Positions 1-9,334 of a stretch of 64,000 nucleotides of DNA are shown in pieces. Position numbers and translations under genes: made by a program. The notes under the pieces were generated by a model, which made no database searches, had not been told where the DNA came from, and saw nothing but the letters and a program-made list of their open reading frames with translations. Position 1 is the stretch's first letter. Every line of letters starts with the position of its first letter. The stretch comes from Patescibacteria group bacterium (GTDB taxonomy: Bacteria > Patescibacteriota > Patescibacteriia > Magasanikbacterales > UBA922): contig JAHJIX010000017.1 in NCBI GenBank assembly GCA_018823045.1, forward strand, positions 52,300 to 116,299. The letters run 5' to 3'.

Positions 1-2070
1 CACATCAGCGCCATCTATTGCACGCAGTTCATCACGTACACTTGCGGCAATGTCATAACTCACACGATCTCGTTCTTTTTTATCTACTAGATTGACCATG
101 ATATTTGCGGTATGATCTCCATTATCAGCAGAATTTCCTGCATAAGCAGAAAAACCAGCACCAATCGTTGTGACATAATTATCTAACTCTGGAATAGATT
201 GAATAATAGATTCCGCCTCAAGCACACGGGCATTTGTTTTATCAACAGATGAACCTGTTGGCAAAGTAACACCTACAACAAAATAATCAAAATCAATAGC
301 CGGAAACATTTCTACTTTCATAATACCAACAATTGGCAGTGAAATCGCTACAAATACTAACACAAGCGCACTCACAATAATACTTCGTCTTTTTGCTTTA
401 GCAATTAATATCTTTCTGAGTGCCACTACATAATCTTTTTTCCACTGTTCTACTTTCTCTCTCCCCTTTTTCATGAGTGGATGTTTTTTCTTTTTTGACA
501 AATCATGACGCACATAAAAACGAGATGCCAGCGCCGGAATAATCACCAAAGCGACAAATAAAGATGCCAACAAAGTTGCAGACACCGTCTTTGGCAAAAT
601 ACTCATGTATTCTCCCATAATCCCAGAGACCAAAAGCATCGGTAAAAATGCAGCAACAGTCGTCATAGTCCCCGCTATAATTGGCCATTTATAATTCCAT
701 ACCGCTAATATTGCAGCTTCTTTTGCAGTCTTTCCGTGCTTATCCATGTATTCATTAATTCCCTCCATAACAATAATAGAATTATCCACCATGAGCCCCA
801 AAGATAGGACTAAAGAAAATAACACCATGCTATTAATCGTCATGCCTTGAAACATGATGAAAATAAAGGCAATCAAAAAGGCAATCGGTACAGAAAATCC
901 AGTAATGAGTGATCCACGTAAACCAAGGACAACTAACAAAAATAAAATAATCAATATCATTGTTTGTCCCCCACTTTTCCCTAATCGAGAAATATCTTCT
1001 TTAATATATACAGAATTATCATTTGTTTTGAGCATACTCACATCAGCCGGAAATACAGCAGAATCTTCTAATTCAGCAATGACAGACTCCGCATTGTCAA
1101 CAATACGCAAAATATTTCCGCCAGTTCGTTTATATATTTGTACAGATACGGTATTTTTTGATGCACTTTGCCCAATACCAATACGAGCACTCGTTTCTTG
1201 CTCTTTAAATCCATCTTGAATTGTAGCAATATCGCGAACATAAACCGGAGCTTCGTCAACATAGGTCACAATGACATCTTTAATATCATCAATACGAGTA
1301 AATTTACCTTGCACACGCACACTATATTCATATCCATCAATAGCAATATCTCCTGAAGGAGCATTCATATTTGACAAACGAATAGCTTGTGCTACTTGTG
1401 CCAAAGACACACCGTACAAATCTAATTTATTTTGATCAACCAGTATTTGATACTCTGGCATAATTTCTCCCACAATTGGTGCACGAGATACGTCGGGCAT
1501 GCGCTCAAATTCATCTTGCAATACTTGTGCAAACTCTCGCATTTGTACATCATTATAATCACCCACAAAACTATAGGTAACAATAGCAATATCATTGAAA
1601 TTCAACTCTTTTACCACAGGCTCTTCTGCATCTTCTGGTAAAAATGGGGCTACTTCGTCTACCGCATCTTTGACATCCGCAAGACTTTTATCAATGTCTG
1701 CTTCGGCCTCAAACTCAACAGAAATACTCGCATACCCCACACCTGCTGTTGCATTATATGCTTTTACATTATCAATATTTTTAATCTTTTCTTCAATTTC
1801 ATCTACAATCAAATCTTCAACATCCACAGGATTAGCCCCCGGATATGGCACCGTAATCATCACAAAAGGAACAGATACTTCAGGCTCAGCTTCTTTTGGT
1901 AATGTCATCATCGCATAAACACCTAACAAAATGATAACCGCCATCATCAAGTATGTCATACGAAAACGCTTGATAAAAAAATGGTTCCACGAAGAAGACT
2001 GTTGTGTTAACACCGTCTCTAATTGCTTTTCCATGTGTTCATCAACAATATGTTCTTCTTGTTCTGTCAT
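1..2070 (-). CDS. RND (AcrB/AcrD/AcrF family) efflux transporter permease; N-terminal ~690 aa present, C-terminus runs off window start
   Basis: Reverse-strand translation from ATG at 2068-2070 gives an uninterrupted frame to position 1. It begins MTEQEEHIVDEHMEKQLETVLTQQSSSWNHFFIKRF followed by the N-terminal TM helix and large periplasmic loops typical of RND pumps (…NSMVLFSLVLSLGLMVDNSIIVMEG…). It abuts the HlyD adaptor gene (stop at 2072). The ORF track omitted it because it is open at the window edge. Confidence 0.8.
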   Translation of the reverse strand, partial: MTEQEEHIVDEHMEKQLETVLTQQSSSWNHFFIKRFRMTYLMMAVIILLGVYAMMTLPKEAEPEVSVPFVMITVPYPGANPVDVEDLIVDEIEEKIKNIDNVKAYNATAGVGYASISVEFEAEADIDKSLADVKDAVDEVAPFLPEDAEEPVVKELNFNDIAIVTYSFVGDYNDVQMREFAQVLQDEFERMPDVSRAPIVGEIMPEYQILVDQNKLDLYGVSLAQVAQAIRLSNMNAPSGDIAIDGYEYSVRVQGKFTRIDDIKDVIVTYVDEAPVYVRDIATIQDGFKEQETSARIGIGQSASKNTVSVQIYKRTGGNILRIVDNAESVIAELEDSAVFPADVSMLKTNDNSVYIKEDISRLGKSGGQTMILIILFLLVVLGLRGSLITGFSVPIAFLIAFIFIMFQGMTINSMVLFSLVLSLGLMVDNSIIVMEGINEYMDKHGKTAKEAAILAVWNYKWPIIAGTMTTVAAFLPMLLVSGIMGEYMSILPKTVSATLLASLFVALVIIPALASRFYVRHDLSKKKKHPLMKKGREKVEQWKKDYVVALRKILIAKAKRRSIIVSALVLVFVAISLPIVGIMKVEMFPAIDFDYFVVGVTLPTGSSVDKTNARVLEAESIIQSIPELDNYVTTIGAGFSAYAGNSADNGDHTANIMVNLVDKKERDRVSYDIAASVRDELRAIDGADV

Positions 2071-2071
2071 A

Positions 2072-3841
2072 TTATTCTTTTATTTTCACCGTGTCTCCAA
2101 CCAACACATGACTAATTGATTCTACAATAGACTCAACATTATCTAAACCAGCAATCACTTCAACCATATTTCCCATTACTCGATCAACCACAACAGGCTG
2201 TGCTTGAACGACTTGATTTTCGTCAAGAATATATACCATAGTTCCGTCCACTCCAATACGCACACTTGATAATGGTAATAACAGTGAATTTGTTTCCATT
2301 TGTTCTGTAGATTCTTCTAAAACGATTTCCACAAAATCACCAACAACAAATTGATCAATATATTCTGCATCAATCGCTACACGTACTTCTACTTTTTTTG
2401 TTGTAGGATCAATACTTGGTGCAATATGCGTAATAGTTCCTGTTGCATGTTCACCGATATGTGCAATACCGCCAACAGCAATACGATTTCTCTCAACACT
2501 ATTAATATATCCTTTAATTTGTAATCCACTTGTGTTGACAATTGATGTCACAATATTACCAGGACTGAGTAATTCTCCTGTTTTGACCGGAAGAACAGCT
2601 ACTGTCCCAGAAATTGGTGAGCGAAATACTGTTTTATTTATTTGTGCATATAATCCATTAATAACCCCTTGTGCACGACGTAATTGCGTATCTCGCCCAC
2701 TTCGTGCTACTTCTTTTTGTGTAAGTTGTGCCTGAGAAGCAGTCACACTAGGATGGTATTGCGCTTCTGCGTATGCAAGATCACGCTCGGCTTTTTCGTA
2801 CGCAATAGTATACTGCTCTAAACTATTTCTTGCGGTATCTGTTGCTTGTATATAAGTATTGATACTTGTTTGTTGCGCTACAATACTTGACCGCGCTGTT
2901 TGGACTGAAGAAACAAGACTGTTAAGTGTTGTTTGGCTCAGTGGCCCAATTGCACGTGTATTATCTAATACAGCTGTCATATCGGTAAACAGTACTGCGT
3001 GTGCTTCAAGACCTTCTTGCACAATTGGAATAATGTCATCAAGCTGACTTGGTGTTGGATGTACCCCAACAGTAGCAAGTGCGGTATCAAGCGCTTGTTT
3101 TTTCCGTTTTGCTTGTAAATAACTCGTTTTTGCTTGTGTTTTTGCACTACTATGTAATACAGATAACACTTGCTCATAACTATCATTCACCAAACTATTG
3201 TCTACCCCTAAAATACTATCTGCTGTATTTAGTGTATTTGCAAATGTTTGCTGGGTTGTCACAATTGCGGTATACAGATTGGCATAAGCATCACGAACAA
3301 TTTGACTATTTTCCTCATCTTCAACTAATTTTAATTGTGCTTCGGCAGCTTCAAGAGCACTTTTCGCTGCAGCAATATTATGTGCTGACGTTTCTTCATT
3401 TTGTTCATGTTGTGCTTGGCCTGCAACAAGTTGTGCATCGTACTCTGCCATAGACAAACGAATTCCATCATAATCTGCGCGTGCTTGTTGCAATTGCGCC
3501 ATTAAGTCAGCGTTTACAATGCCAGCAATGACTTGTCCTTTATAAATATATTGTCCAAGACCAACAGAAACATAAGCGATCTTTCCACTGACTTCACTTT
3601 TCATGTCCACTTGATTTGACGCTTCAATTTCTCCTGTTGTTTGTATTGTCGACTGTGCCTCGCGTATATCTGCTAAACTCAGTAGTGTCACACTGGCCAC
3701 TTTTTCTTGTTGAGATTCTTCTTTCACCTCTTCTTGTACTGCTCGTACAAAAACAATACCCATGAGTGCAAGAATAACTCCTCCAATAATAATTTTCTTT
3801 TTATGTATTGTATATAGTTTTTTTATCATATGTTTATGCAT
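2072..3841 (-). CDS. HlyD-family membrane fusion protein / RND periplasmic adaptor subunit
   Basis: 589-aa ORF with an N-terminal TM anchor, a long coiled-coil (QLQQARADYDGIRLSMAEYDAQLVAGQAQ…), and a beta-barrel/lipoyl-like C-terminal region. It lies immediately upstream of the RND permease and overlaps the upstream repressor gene's stop. Confidence 0.8.
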   Translation of the reverse strand: MHKHMIKKLYTIHKKKIIIGGVILALMGIVFVRAVQEEVKEESQQEKVASVTLLSLADIREAQSTIQTTGEIEASNQVDMKSEVSGKIAYVSVGLGQYIYKGQVIAGIVNADLMAQLQQARADYDGIRLSMAEYDAQLVAGQAQHEQNEETSAHNIAAAKSALEAAEAQLKLVEDEENSQIVRDAYANLYTAIVTTQQTFANTLNTADSILGVDNSLVNDSYEQVLSVLHSSAKTQAKTSYLQAKRKKQALDTALATVGVHPTPSQLDDIIPIVQEGLEAHAVLFTDMTAVLDNTRAIGPLSQTTLNSLVSSVQTARSSIVAQQTSINTYIQATDTARNSLEQYTIAYEKAERDLAYAEAQYHPSVTASQAQLTQKEVARSGRDTQLRRAQGVINGLYAQINKTVFRSPISGTVAVLPVKTGELLSPGNIVTSIVNTSGLQIKGYINSVERNRIAVGGIAHIGEHATGTITHIAPSIDPTTKKVEVRVAIDAEYIDQFVVGDFVEIVLEESTEQMETNSLLLPLSSVRIGVDGTMVYILDENQVVQAQPVVVDRVMGNMVEVIAGLDNVESIVESISHVLVGDTVKIKE

Positions 3842-4095
3842 TACATGCTCGCTAATGTTTTAAAAATTTGTTTTATTTTTTTTCGATCTTCATCATTGGT
3901 AATCACTTCTGAAGAGCTAAAAATTTCTTCCATATACGCAACCCCTATACCATGAAAGGCTCTGTGAACCGCTTTCATTTGTGTCATTATTTTTTCATAT
4001 TGTTTGTGATCTTCTTCAACCATTTTAATAATACCATCGATTTGACCACGTACAATGCTGAGCCGACGACGAATATTCTTTTTATGTAAACACAT
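3841..4095 (-). CDS. CsoR/RcnR/FrmR-family (DUF156) transcriptional repressor
   Basis: 84-aa helical protein (RRRLSIVRGQIDGIIKMVEEDHKQYEKIMTQMKAVHRAFHGIGVAYMEE) matching the RxxRIxGQxxGIxxM signature of the CsoR/RcnR fold. It is the first gene of the repressor-HlyD-RND operon and is preceded by a palindromic operator. Confidence 0.6.
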   Translation of the reverse strand: MCLHKKNIRRRLSIVRGQIDGIIKMVEEDHKQYEKIMTQMKAVHRAFHGIGVAYMEEIFSSSEVITNDEDRKKIKQIFKTLASM

Positions 4096-4130
4096 ATATC
4101 TTTTATTTACTATTATTTAAGATACGCTAT

Positions 4131-4149
4131 TATACCCTATAGGGGTATA
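4131..4149. promoter_or_regulatory. Palindromic operator TATACCC-N-GGGGTATA (CsoR-type GC-core inverted repeat) upstream of the repressor-efflux operon
   Basis: Sequence tataccctataggggtata lies ~35 bp upstream of the repressor start. It resembles known CsoR operators (ATACCC…GGGTAT). Confidence 0.55.
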
Positions 4150-4232
4150 TGGTGTCAAGTGTGTACACTGAATAAAAACCTACAGAACAAATACTCTCAA
4201 TGTATTTTTGTTGCGGAACGTACATTAAACAC

Positions 4233-4250
4233 ATCATTGCGAGGTGGCGT
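4233..4250. repeat. Half-copy (one arm, CATCATTGCGAGGTGGCGT) of the nested-palindrome repeat family
   Basis: Matches the left arm of the 9212-9306 and 12500-12623 elements. No partner arm is present. Confidence 0.5.
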
Positions 4251-4296
4251 ATTACTCATGTATCAAAAAACAGCCCTATACAGGACTGTTTTTATA

Positions 4297-5445
4297 TTAT
4301 GCTACATGCACCGGAGAGAGATTGTGCATCGTATGCTCTTTTTTATACACTGAGATGATTTCTTCAATCACACGATCCCAGGTATATTCTTTTTCAATGA
4401 TTTTTTTGTATTGTTGTCCTTTTTTGTTCAACACGGCTTGTTCTGTTTGAAGTATTATATCAAGCAAACTTGTCAATTGCTTGATACTTCCTGCACGATA
4501 CAATGCTTCTTTATCTCCGAGTAAATACTCATGCTCCGGAATGTCTGACAATATCATAGGGAGACCATAACTCATCGCTTCAAGCACTACGATTGGTAAT
4601 CCTTCATTAAGTGAAGGGTGCACATAAAGTGATGCATGTGAGAATAATGTATAAAGATCGTTCCCGGATTGAAATCCAGTAAAGATAATACTCTTATCCT
4701 CTGCTGCCAAACGATGCAACTCCTGCACATAGGCATTCGTATGGTATCCATCTCCAACAATAACTAATTGCTTATCTTTTCCTGCCGTTCTTTTTCCCCA
4801 TGCTTTAATTAAATGATGCATTGCTTTATGTGGAATCAGACGACTCACTGCTAAAACATAATTACCTGATTGAATCTTATGTTTTGTAAGGACATCAGTT
4901 TCTTCTTTTTTTGTTGGAATATACACTGCATTTGGAATAAACACCGCATCAGTATCATACACATCACGAGCGTACTGTTGAATCGTTTTAGATACCGCAA
5001 TCGTCATATGTGGAAAATGACATGACGCCCACTCACCAACTTTAAGCATAGTGCGAGCAAACAATCCCCATTTTTCATGTTTTCTATCAATCGAATGGAA
5101 TGTTGAAATCACACGAATCTTTGGGGTAAATACACGAGGAATCCATGCTAAAAGTGATGGCCCAACTCCATGATAATGAATCACATCAACATGTTCTTTC
5201 ATTGCATGAATCGTTGACGTAAAGGTATGAGTCAAGGCATCTAAATGTTTTGTTCGAATACTTTTTGTAAAAATGGTACGGACACCATCAACTTCTGTCG
5301 TTTCTTTACCGGTATACCATAAACGGCTATACACAGTCACATCCATGCCTTCTTTTTTTAAACGCATAGCAAGATCGTGAACGTGTTTTTCAACGCCACC
5401 ATGTACAGCAGGAATACCCTTTTGTCCGATCATTGCAATACGCAT
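4297..5445 (-). CDS. Glycosyltransferase family 4 (GT-B fold, group 1)
   Basis: 382 aa. N-term MRIAMIGQKGIPAVHGGVEKHV; C-terminal domain has the EGLPIVVLEAMSYGLP motif (EX7E-like) typical of GT4 enzymes. Confidence 0.8.
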   Translation of the reverse strand: MRIAMIGQKGIPAVHGGVEKHVHDLAMRLKKEGMDVTVYSRLWYTGKETTEVDGVRTIFTKSIRTKHLDALTHTFTSTIHAMKEHVDVIHYHGVGPSLLAWIPRVFTPKIRVISTFHSIDRKHEKWGLFARTMLKVGEWASCHFPHMTIAVSKTIQQYARDVYDTDAVFIPNAVYIPTKKEETDVLTKHKIQSGNYVLAVSRLIPHKAMHHLIKAWGKRTAGKDKQLVIVGDGYHTNAYVQELHRLAAEDKSIIFTGFQSGNDLYTLFSHASLYVHPSLNEGLPIVVLEAMSYGLPMILSDIPEHEYLLGDKEALYRAGSIKQLTSLLDIILQTEQAVLNKKGQQYKKIIEKEYTWDRVIEEIISVYKKEHTMHNLSPVHVA

Positions 5446-5560
5446 AAAGGATGTTAGTAGTAAATAAAGTGAAATAATACTATGCTATATATAGCACATA
5501 TATATCTATATAACAATAGACTATAACACAACATAATGCTTTTGTCAAGTACTAAAAAGC

Positions 5561-5590
5561 AAAAAACAGCTAACCTTAGCTGTTTTTTGC
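5561..5590 (-). terminator. Bidirectional intrinsic terminator (hairpin AACAGCTAACCTTAGCTGTT flanked by A-run/T-run)
   Basis: Perfect 8-bp stem with U-run on both strands, ~95 nt downstream of the hicB stop. Confidence 0.55.
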
Positions 5591-5685
5591 ATATATTCTT
5601 TATATTATTTCAATCCAGCAGCACGTAAAATGCTTTTTAATGTTCCAATTGGGACATCTTTTGTTTTGCTGTTAAACGAGATGTT

Positions 5686-5919
5686 TTAGGCATACGCCAC
5701 ATCAAGAGAAGAAATAAAACTATTTTCATCACTTATAATCTCTTCTTCATGCTCTTCAACGCTTTCTAAATATAATTTAATAGCATCAGCAGCCATTTCT
5801 CTTGCTTCTTCTAAACTTTTACCATATGTAATACACCCAGGTAAAGCTGGTACTTGTACCGTAAATCCTCCCTCAGGTTCTGGACGAAAAATTAAATTGT
5901 AGTGTAATGTTTTTTTCAT
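5686..5919 (-). CDS. hicB: HicB-family antitoxin (UPF0150), type II TA system
   Basis: 77 aa. FRPEPEGGFTVQVPALPGCITYGKSLEEAREMAADAIKLYLESV matches the HicB N-terminal RNase-H-like fold signature. Confidence 0.75.
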   Translation of the reverse strand: MKKTLHYNLIFRPEPEGGFTVQVPALPGCITYGKSLEEAREMAADAIKLYLESVEEHEEEIISDENSFISSLDVAYA

Positions 5920-6008
5920 ATATATTATTAACGTTATGCAACCATATCTAATACAGCATATATATAGTTAGTATAGCAAAATAACATCAAAAGTCAATGA
6001 AATAATCA

Positions 6009-8003
6009 CTAAATTCCACTACTCAAGCCAATAATATCGTCTTTCCCATCAAAATCAACATCAACCGCTCTTACATCGATTCCCTCTTTTAAAAAGCTCT
6101 CATAGGCCACAAATGGCCCAGAAATACGTGTCCCATCTATACTAAATACGGAAATTTCTGGTTTTTTTCCTTTTCCTGCTCCAACAATAATTTCATCCCA
6201 TCCATCACCATCAACATCTCCTGCAGCTACGTTTATCCCACCAGTATAGCTCGCTTCATAGGGCAACCAGGTATGCTCTAACGTATATGGACGATAGGTA
6301 TATACATGTACTTTCGGAGCGTACCCCACTCCCCCAGCAATCACTAAACGATTATTTTTAACAAAGCTCTTGTTTTTAGCGACTGCCAAAGAGTAGCCAC
6401 CAGTATACCCTTCTCCAAATGGATACCAATCTCTATGTTTTTGTATACCATCATAGGTATAAATACGAATAGGTAGAGTGTCCCCCGCCCCTGGAGTTGC
6501 ATAAACTTCCATATGCCGGTCTTTATTGACGTCTGCAACATGAAACGTTACTTCTCCCTCATAATATGGAAATGGATATTTTCTTTTCATCATCGGACGC
6601 CCATCATGCTTATACGCTCGAAAACTATTTTTTGTTGCCACAAAATAATCCCGCTTTCCATCTCCATTTAAATCAATATAGGCAATACGGTCTCCCCCAC
6701 GTTCTTTTTCATCAAAAATAAAGAACCCATTTCGTACACGAGAACCATCTGGCCGAAAAAACCGAACAAAACTCCCATTTGGGAAAATAATATCTTTTAA
6801 GGTATCAAATGTTTTTAAGAGTATACGACTATCATAATAATTTAAAAATATTTCAGAAACAATATCACCACTATTTGCAAGCGGATCTTGCGTGCCATGA
6901 ATTAACTCATACTCTCCATCAAGCTCTACATGTTGTTTTTGATTGGTACTGTTTAATACCACAAGCCCATTTTCAAATGGACGTGTCCAAATGTCATAGA
7001 CATATTCTTTTACACCACTTTTAGAACTGGAGTCATCAATTGGTGCACCTAAATCAATATCATACTCATCATACCACCACGTTTGGCCATGATCTTGATC
7101 GCCGTGGTCAAAAGATGAATAGGCATTTTCAAGCAATGCGCTCCCTAAACCAAAACGCATTTGCTGATAATTATATTGATTACCTGTATTATGTGTGTTG
7201 GTATTTAATATGGTTATGTATGGCTGATCATTTTGCTTCTGATTTTTTACCAGATTATTCATAATAGTAGGCCAGGTACCATTTCCTTCCCATGGTGTCG
7301 GGAATGTTTCAAACATACGTCCATTCACATATGGCTGAAGCGCATCATGAGAAGAACCATTCATGACAATGTATCGTGTATCTAATTGTTCTTGTGCGTA
7401 TTTTAAAAAGAATGTTGTTCGTTTTAACCATTCATTATCAATCGTCAAAGCACTATCTCTTTGCCCATTTTCATCTAAATCAATATCACCATTATTTGCC
7501 CAAGAAATATTATGAGAAACCATATCAAAAAAGACCCCATCCATATCGATTTTTTCTATCATGTAGGTATTAATAAACCCAACAAGATAGCGTGACCAAT
7601 CTTCACTCATATTTATTCCTTTAAGACTTGGCCAAATATATATAGGAGACCCAGCACTACTGCGCAACCACCAATTCTCTTGCACTGTTAAATACCGAAA
7701 TATAGGATCTTGCCCCCAATACGCAGTATTATAACTTTGTATTGGAATATACGCCAAAATAATAATTTCTCTATTTTTTGCTCGAATTTGTGCAACAACA
7801 GACGGATGTGCCTTCATTTGTGCCGGCGTTAAAATAAGCAAATCATATTTTGCCATTTTTGTCGTAAATGATGGTGATGACTGCAATTCATCTAAGTAAT
7901 AATTCGCAATCAAGGGATGATCATCTGATACAGCCTTTGCAGTACTCCCCCAAAGAAAGCACAAAGCAATACTGATAACAGAAATAATTATTTTTTTATA
8001 CAT
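6009..8003 (-). CDS. Secreted protein: N-terminal TIM-barrel glycoside-hydrolase-like domain fused to C-terminal FG-GAP/VCBS-type repeats
   Basis: 664 aa. Signal peptide (MYKKIIISVISIALCFLWGSTAKA). The N-terminal region resembles putative glycosyl-hydrolase-like (GHL/GH114-type) domains. The C-terminus has repeated DxDGDGxxD loops (DLNGDGKRDYFVA, DVDGDGWDEIIVGAG, DVDFDGKDDIIG) typical of FG-GAP beta-propeller blades. Confidence 0.5.
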   Translation of the reverse strand: MYKKIIISVISIALCFLWGSTAKAVSDDHPLIANYYLDELQSSPSFTTKMAKYDLLILTPAQMKAHPSVVAQIRAKNREIIILAYIPIQSYNTAYWGQDPIFRYLTVQENWWLRSSAGSPIYIWPSLKGINMSEDWSRYLVGFINTYMIEKIDMDGVFFDMVSHNISWANNGDIDLDENGQRDSALTIDNEWLKRTTFFLKYAQEQLDTRYIVMNGSSHDALQPYVNGRMFETFPTPWEGNGTWPTIMNNLVKNQKQNDQPYITILNTNTHNTGNQYNYQQMRFGLGSALLENAYSSFDHGDQDHGQTWWYDEYDIDLGAPIDDSSSKSGVKEYVYDIWTRPFENGLVVLNSTNQKQHVELDGEYELIHGTQDPLANSGDIVSEIFLNYYDSRILLKTFDTLKDIIFPNGSFVRFFRPDGSRVRNGFFIFDEKERGGDRIAYIDLNGDGKRDYFVATKNSFRAYKHDGRPMMKRKYPFPYYEGEVTFHVADVNKDRHMEVYATPGAGDTLPIRIYTYDGIQKHRDWYPFGEGYTGGYSLAVAKNKSFVKNNRLVIAGGVGYAPKVHVYTYRPYTLEHTWLPYEASYTGGINVAAGDVDGDGWDEIIVGAGKGKKPEISVFSIDGTRISGPFVAYESFLKEGIDVRAVDVDFDGKDDIIGLSSGI

Positions 8004-9187
8004 ACTCTCTTATATACCACTTCTAATGCATGCAAATAGTTTTCTTTATTATATTTCTTTTTTGTTTCTTTATAGATACTATTTTGCATGATTTGTTTTT
8101 CTTTTGACGATCGACTATACCATAATTTTACCTTTTCTGCAAGAGCATGACTATCTCCTGCTTCACATAATAGTTCTTTTGAAACGAGCTCAGAAATTCC
8201 ACCAATGTCAGCTCCAATAACGATTTTTCCTTTTGCATGTGCTTCTAAAATACTCAATGGACAATTTTCATACCAAATTGATGGCACAACGAGTAATGAT
8301 GCCTTGTCTATATACTGTTCTAATTGTTTCCCTGTTTGCCAACCAACTAACGATACATTCTCTAATTGTTCTTTTTGTATATATGCTTTTATTTTTTTTT
8401 CTTCAGGACCAGTACCAACAATTATATAAGAAATATCTGGTGTTTCTTTTGCTGCAGCGAGCAATACATGAATTCCTTTTTCTTTTGACAATCGTCCAAC
8501 ATAAGCAACATACTTTTTTTCTTTTGTTGCCAACTCCCCAATATCAACAGCATTTGGAATGACATTTATATTTTCTTCAGACAAACCACCTGTTACAGAA
8601 ATATCTTTCATAAACTGACTAGGCGCAATATATGCATCAATCACTTGATGCCATTTTTTCCATACTCTTACATAAGCCTCAATCATTGCAAAAAAACTTT
8701 GCCCCAAAGACTCCATACAATTCCCCAATAAACAACGGTAATATTTTTTACCAATCATCTGTTTTTCAATAGCCCCATGGTGAAACAAACGATAATTTGG
8801 AGAAATCATTTTATAATCATGCAAAGTCATCACTGATGGAATGCACTTTTCTTTTACTACATCAAGTAATGAAAAAGATAGTTGATGATAAATATTATGA
8901 ACATGAACAACATCAGGCTGCACTTGCTCAATATAGGCTGCAAATTTTTTCTTGGCTTCTTTATTATAAATACTTTTCCACCCTGCAGAAATTTTTCCAA
9001 AAAATCCTAAAGAAGCATAATCAATATATGCACTAAACTGTTTTTCATCAATAGTATTTTTTGGGTGATGCATACCAAAAATAAACACCTCATGCCCGGC
9101 ATTCTCTAATAATTCTTTTGTATCAAAAAGTACGCGCTCTGCTCCACCACGAATGTACCAATATTTATTAACAAGTAATATTTTCAT
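7988..9187 (-). CDS. Glycosyltransferase family 4
   Basis: 399 aa. MKILLVNKYWYIRGGAERVL N-terminus and C-terminal E…EAHAKGKIVIGADIGG block typical of GT4/group 1 glycosyltransferases. Confidence 0.75.
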   Translation of the reverse strand: MKILLVNKYWYIRGGAERVLFDTKELLENAGHEVFIFGMHHPKNTIDEKQFSAYIDYASLGFFGKISAGWKSIYNKEAKKKFAAYIEQVQPDVVHVHNIYHQLSFSLLDVVKEKCIPSVMTLHDYKMISPNYRLFHHGAIEKQMIGKKYYRCLLGNCMESLGQSFFAMIEAYVRVWKKWHQVIDAYIAPSQFMKDISVTGGLSEENINVIPNAVDIGELATKEKKYVAYVGRLSKEKGIHVLLAAAKETPDISYIIVGTGPEEKKIKAYIQKEQLENVSLVGWQTGKQLEQYIDKASLLVVPSIWYENCPLSILEAHAKGKIVIGADIGGISELVSKELLCEAGDSHALAEKVKLWYSRSSKEKQIMQNSIYKETKKKYNKENYLHALEVVYKRVCIKK

Positions 9188-9211
9188 AACATATGTTCTT
9201 TCAACCTACGT

Positions 9212-9306
9212 ACGTCATTGCGAGGTGGCGATAGCACAGCGCGGCAATCCCATGGTTTTTGCACGGAAGAATGAGATTGCTTCGTCGTGCCTCCTCGCAA
9301 TGACGT
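9212..9306. repeat. Nested-palindrome intergenic repeat element (copy B): outer arms ACGTCATTGCGAGG/CCTCGCAATGACGT, inner arms GCGGCAATCCC/GATTGCTTCG
   Basis: Direct reading: the 14-bp inverted termini are perfect and the inner inverted pair is nested. The element occupies the gap between a GT4 gene and the radical-SAM gene. Confidence 0.85.
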
Positions 9307-9334
9307 AAACTGTAACCATTCGCCTCCATATTAA

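Noticed and set aside
5637-5693. 18-codon ORF overlapping the hicB stop as a real hicA toxin gene
   Set aside because: It is far too short for HicA (~60 aa) and has no conserved HicA residues recognisable. Reported only as a possible remnant.
8205-9036. Several 60-110-aa plus-strand ORFs inside the GT4 gene (and similar ones throughout, e.g. 54703-60249 inside the giant gene)
   Set aside because: They are embedded antisense in well-supported long genes, are low-complexity, and have no ribosome-binding context. They are typical spurious ORFs of AT-rich DNA.
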